A stretch of DNA of 63,376 bases, the filler included, from Globobulimina sp. (lineage: Eukaryota), in assembly GCA_003354225.1 (NCBI GenBank). It is 31 parts of 31 records of this genome, joined end to end, with 100 filler letters (N's around TTAATTAATTAA, not from the genome) between each part and the next. Parts side by side here need not be neighbours in the genome. Positions count along the whole stretch, not along the records: positions 61,431 to 63,376 come from PIVH01010325.1; 30 more parts are not named here. One strand, given 5' to 3'. Both the position numbers and the translations under genes were made by a program. Below, piece after piece: positions 61,431 through 63,376 of this stretch (the first letter of the stretch is position 1; each line of letters opens with the position of its first letter). The notes under the pieces are model-generated. The model was not told where the DNA came from. It worked only from the letters and a program-made list of their open reading frames with translations, and did not search any database.

Positions 61431-62386
61431 TTATAAATCCTAATAATGTAAAGCAAGATATAAATACTGGCTTTTTAAATCAATATGGTGTGTTGGATAA
61501 TGTACCAACTGTGTTTCTAAAATTAGCCGCAATTATTTGTTCATTGCAAGTTGTTGGCATTTCGTGTTTATTGAATGACTCGACGGCAGCGATAAATATA
61601 AAGACACCAACTCCAAATAAAATGGAAATGGCTCAAAAAACGAGCGCGAATCAGGAAAAAGTTAAGTTGTTAACATTAGACGACGAAAAAAGCACAAACA
61701 AGGCAACAAAAAGAAAACTTGTGAGTTTATTGAAAAATAAAATCTTTTGGAATTTATATTTTACAATGTTTACGGGTGGAATTGGGCTTTTTTTTACGTC
61801 AACACAATGGAAAATATTTATAAATCAGCACTTTAAGATTGAGAATGATAGAATGTTGATGTTGATTGGAGCAGTTTCTATATCATTCAATGCCGCCGGA
61901 AGAGTTGGGTGGGGAACGATTTTTGACCGTATTCATATTTATAAACTTATCAATGGGACTCTTTTCATTGTACTTTCAATATTTATTGCTACATTTCCTA
62001 TTTTGAGTTATATTGCAAATAGAAATGTATTGATTATGTGTTGCTTTGTATGGTTGTCAATCATTTATTTTTGTTTAGGTGGAACGAATCCTCTTTATTT
62101 GAGTCAGTTAAGTGATGTATTTGGATCACGGGATGCTGGAATGAATTTTGCTATGATATATACATCATATATTCCTGGTGGATTGTTAAGTACATTTGCT
62201 ATCACTTCAATGCGTACAGAATTAGGTTGGATGAGAATGTCGGCGTTTATTGGATGCATTGTATTTACGGGATTTATCTTGGTGTTGATGGTGGATACAA
62301 CTAAATATAAAGAGACAAAGTCATTTTTACCAAAATCGAAATTGAGTCAAGATAAAATGAGAGCGTTGTCATACTTGAGCATATAA
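61431..62386 (+). CDS. MFS transporter (oxalate:formate antiporter-like), C-terminal part
   Basis: FNAAGRVGWGTIFDR, FCLGG and VFGSRDAGMNFA motifs; six C-terminal TM helices. Confidence 0.85.
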
Positions 62387-62522
62387 TGAAGTTTTGGAGT
62401 GATGAAATAAGCCAATTTATATTTAATACCGTTTTTTAATATTTTGTTGATGGTAATAACAATGGTCACCGCCGGGTCAACGATATATTCAGATGATAAC
62501 CTCCTGTATACCGAATATTTCT

Positions 62523-62652
62523 CTTAGATTGAAGTCACACTAAATGTAATGAAAACTTTTGAATTCGCATTTGCTGTTTTGTTATAGAAACAACGTTGTT
62601 TCATTGTCAAATTCAAAAGTTTCCATTACATTTAGTGTGACTTCAATCTAAG
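62523..62652. repeat. 130-bp foldback element with 43-bp arms
   Basis: 62523-62565 and 62610-62652 are reverse complements with one mismatch; the element lies between convergent genes. Confidence 0.85.
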
Positions 62653-62771
62653 CAGTACAAAATTCAATCGGGTTGTAAGTCCGATTCCAAACTAGTAGTT
62701 TTAAAATGTTTCGAAAAATGTTCTAAAGTAGCTAGTGAACAAATTGGAGCCAATTCAAAAAAGATTTGCAT

Positions 62772-63376
62772 TCAAAATAATTTCTCATCGAATCCTCCAA
62801 CAGAAATATATTGGAGTGATTTTGTTTGTGAAACGCATTGAAAATGAATATATCCACCCTTACCCATGTGATTTCTAATTGCCCCACGGGAAAATAATAC
62901 TTCTTTTTCATGCGGAAATTTCGAAACCCAAGAAACATCGCAACCGCCTCTCCTACACTTACTACCAAATCCAATGATCATTCCTCTGCCACCACAAAAT
63001 TGTTCAGCCACTTCCTTATCCCATGACGTTGAAGTGAAAGTACATAGAAATCCGGGCTTATTTAAACCTCCACCTTTGAAATCTAACATACATTCTGTAA
63101 CACCGCTATATAAAGGATATTTTCCATATTCGACCTGGACTAATTTACTAATCGCTCTATCCAAGACATAATCAAATATTATCCATTTTGCATAATCTCC
63201 AGTTCTTTGTGATTTGCATAAATCATAGTTACAATCGCAACCTGTATACAATATTAATGATAACATATCACACTTTGCCAATGGCGATTTCATGGCAATA
63301 TGACGTTTATGTTTTAATTTTCTATCAACCACTTCTAATAAAGATTTATTGTTTGTTTGAATCAAATTTCCAAATT
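62772..63376 (-). CDS. ADP-ribosyltransferase-like catalytic domain (R-S-E clade, E-x-E), C-terminal fragment
   Basis: LSLILYTG...YDLC...LYSGV...FTSTSWDKEVAEQF...GMII...DVSWVSKFPHEKEVLF. Confidence 0.8.
   Translation of the reverse strand, partial: FGNLIQTNNKSLLEVVDRKLKHKRHIAMKSPLAKCDMLSLILYTGCDCNYDLCKSQRTGDYAKWIIFDYVLDRAISKLVQVEYGKYPLYSGVTECMLDFKGGGLNKPGFLCTFTSTSWDKEVAEQFCGGRGMIIGFGSKCRRGGCDVSWVSKFPHEKEVLFSRGAIRNHMGKGGYIHFQCVSQTKSLQYISVGGFDEKLF

Noticed and set aside
11577..63376. Apparent NAD/RNA-cap 'system' (ARTs, DXO, nocturnin, Nudix, XRN)
   Set aside because: The genes lie on separate contigs ordered only by length, so there is no physical linkage.

Overview
This window is not one locus. 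It is 31 unrelated short contigs (about 1,946-1,949 bp, in decreasing length order) joined by an artificial 100-nt linker (44 N + TTAATTAATTAA + 44 N), so gene neighbourhoods across linkers are meaningless. Contig 1 (1-1949) is a tailed-phage morphogenesis fragment, probably from a Bacteroidota phage, with a hidden -1 frameshift extension. Most other contigs come from an AT-rich eukaryote with short GT-AG introns (about 55-120 nt). The gene families and style suggest a foraminiferan or other rhizarian protist; this is inference. Recognisable genes include glycine decarboxylase P, RNR small subunit, an SLC12 transporter, PTC7-type PP2C, nocturnin, MFS transporters, an RRM/SR protein, an FkbM methyltransferase, a WSCD-type sulfotransferase, a GCR1/cAR-like GPCR and an F-BAR protein. 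Two contigs (34825-36772 and 55293-57238) look like repeat- or transposon-rich DNA, possibly from another eukaryote. Several contigs carry abrupt 130-150 bp inserts (pspF, IS21 istB, class-III aminotransferase, XRN) and one has a perfect terminal inversion, pointing to amplification or assembly chimeras. The most interesting signals are: three members of an apparently expanded toxin-like ADP-ribosyltransferase family (one fused to a PH domain; the two visible catalytic cores lack the canonical first-motif Arg), an in-frame tandem RAI1/DXO nuclease, an EF-hand-Ras-multipass membrane fusion, an intron-containing YqaJ nuclease beside hairpin repeats, and the phage frameshift. All family assignments come from motif recognition by eye; no database search was run.
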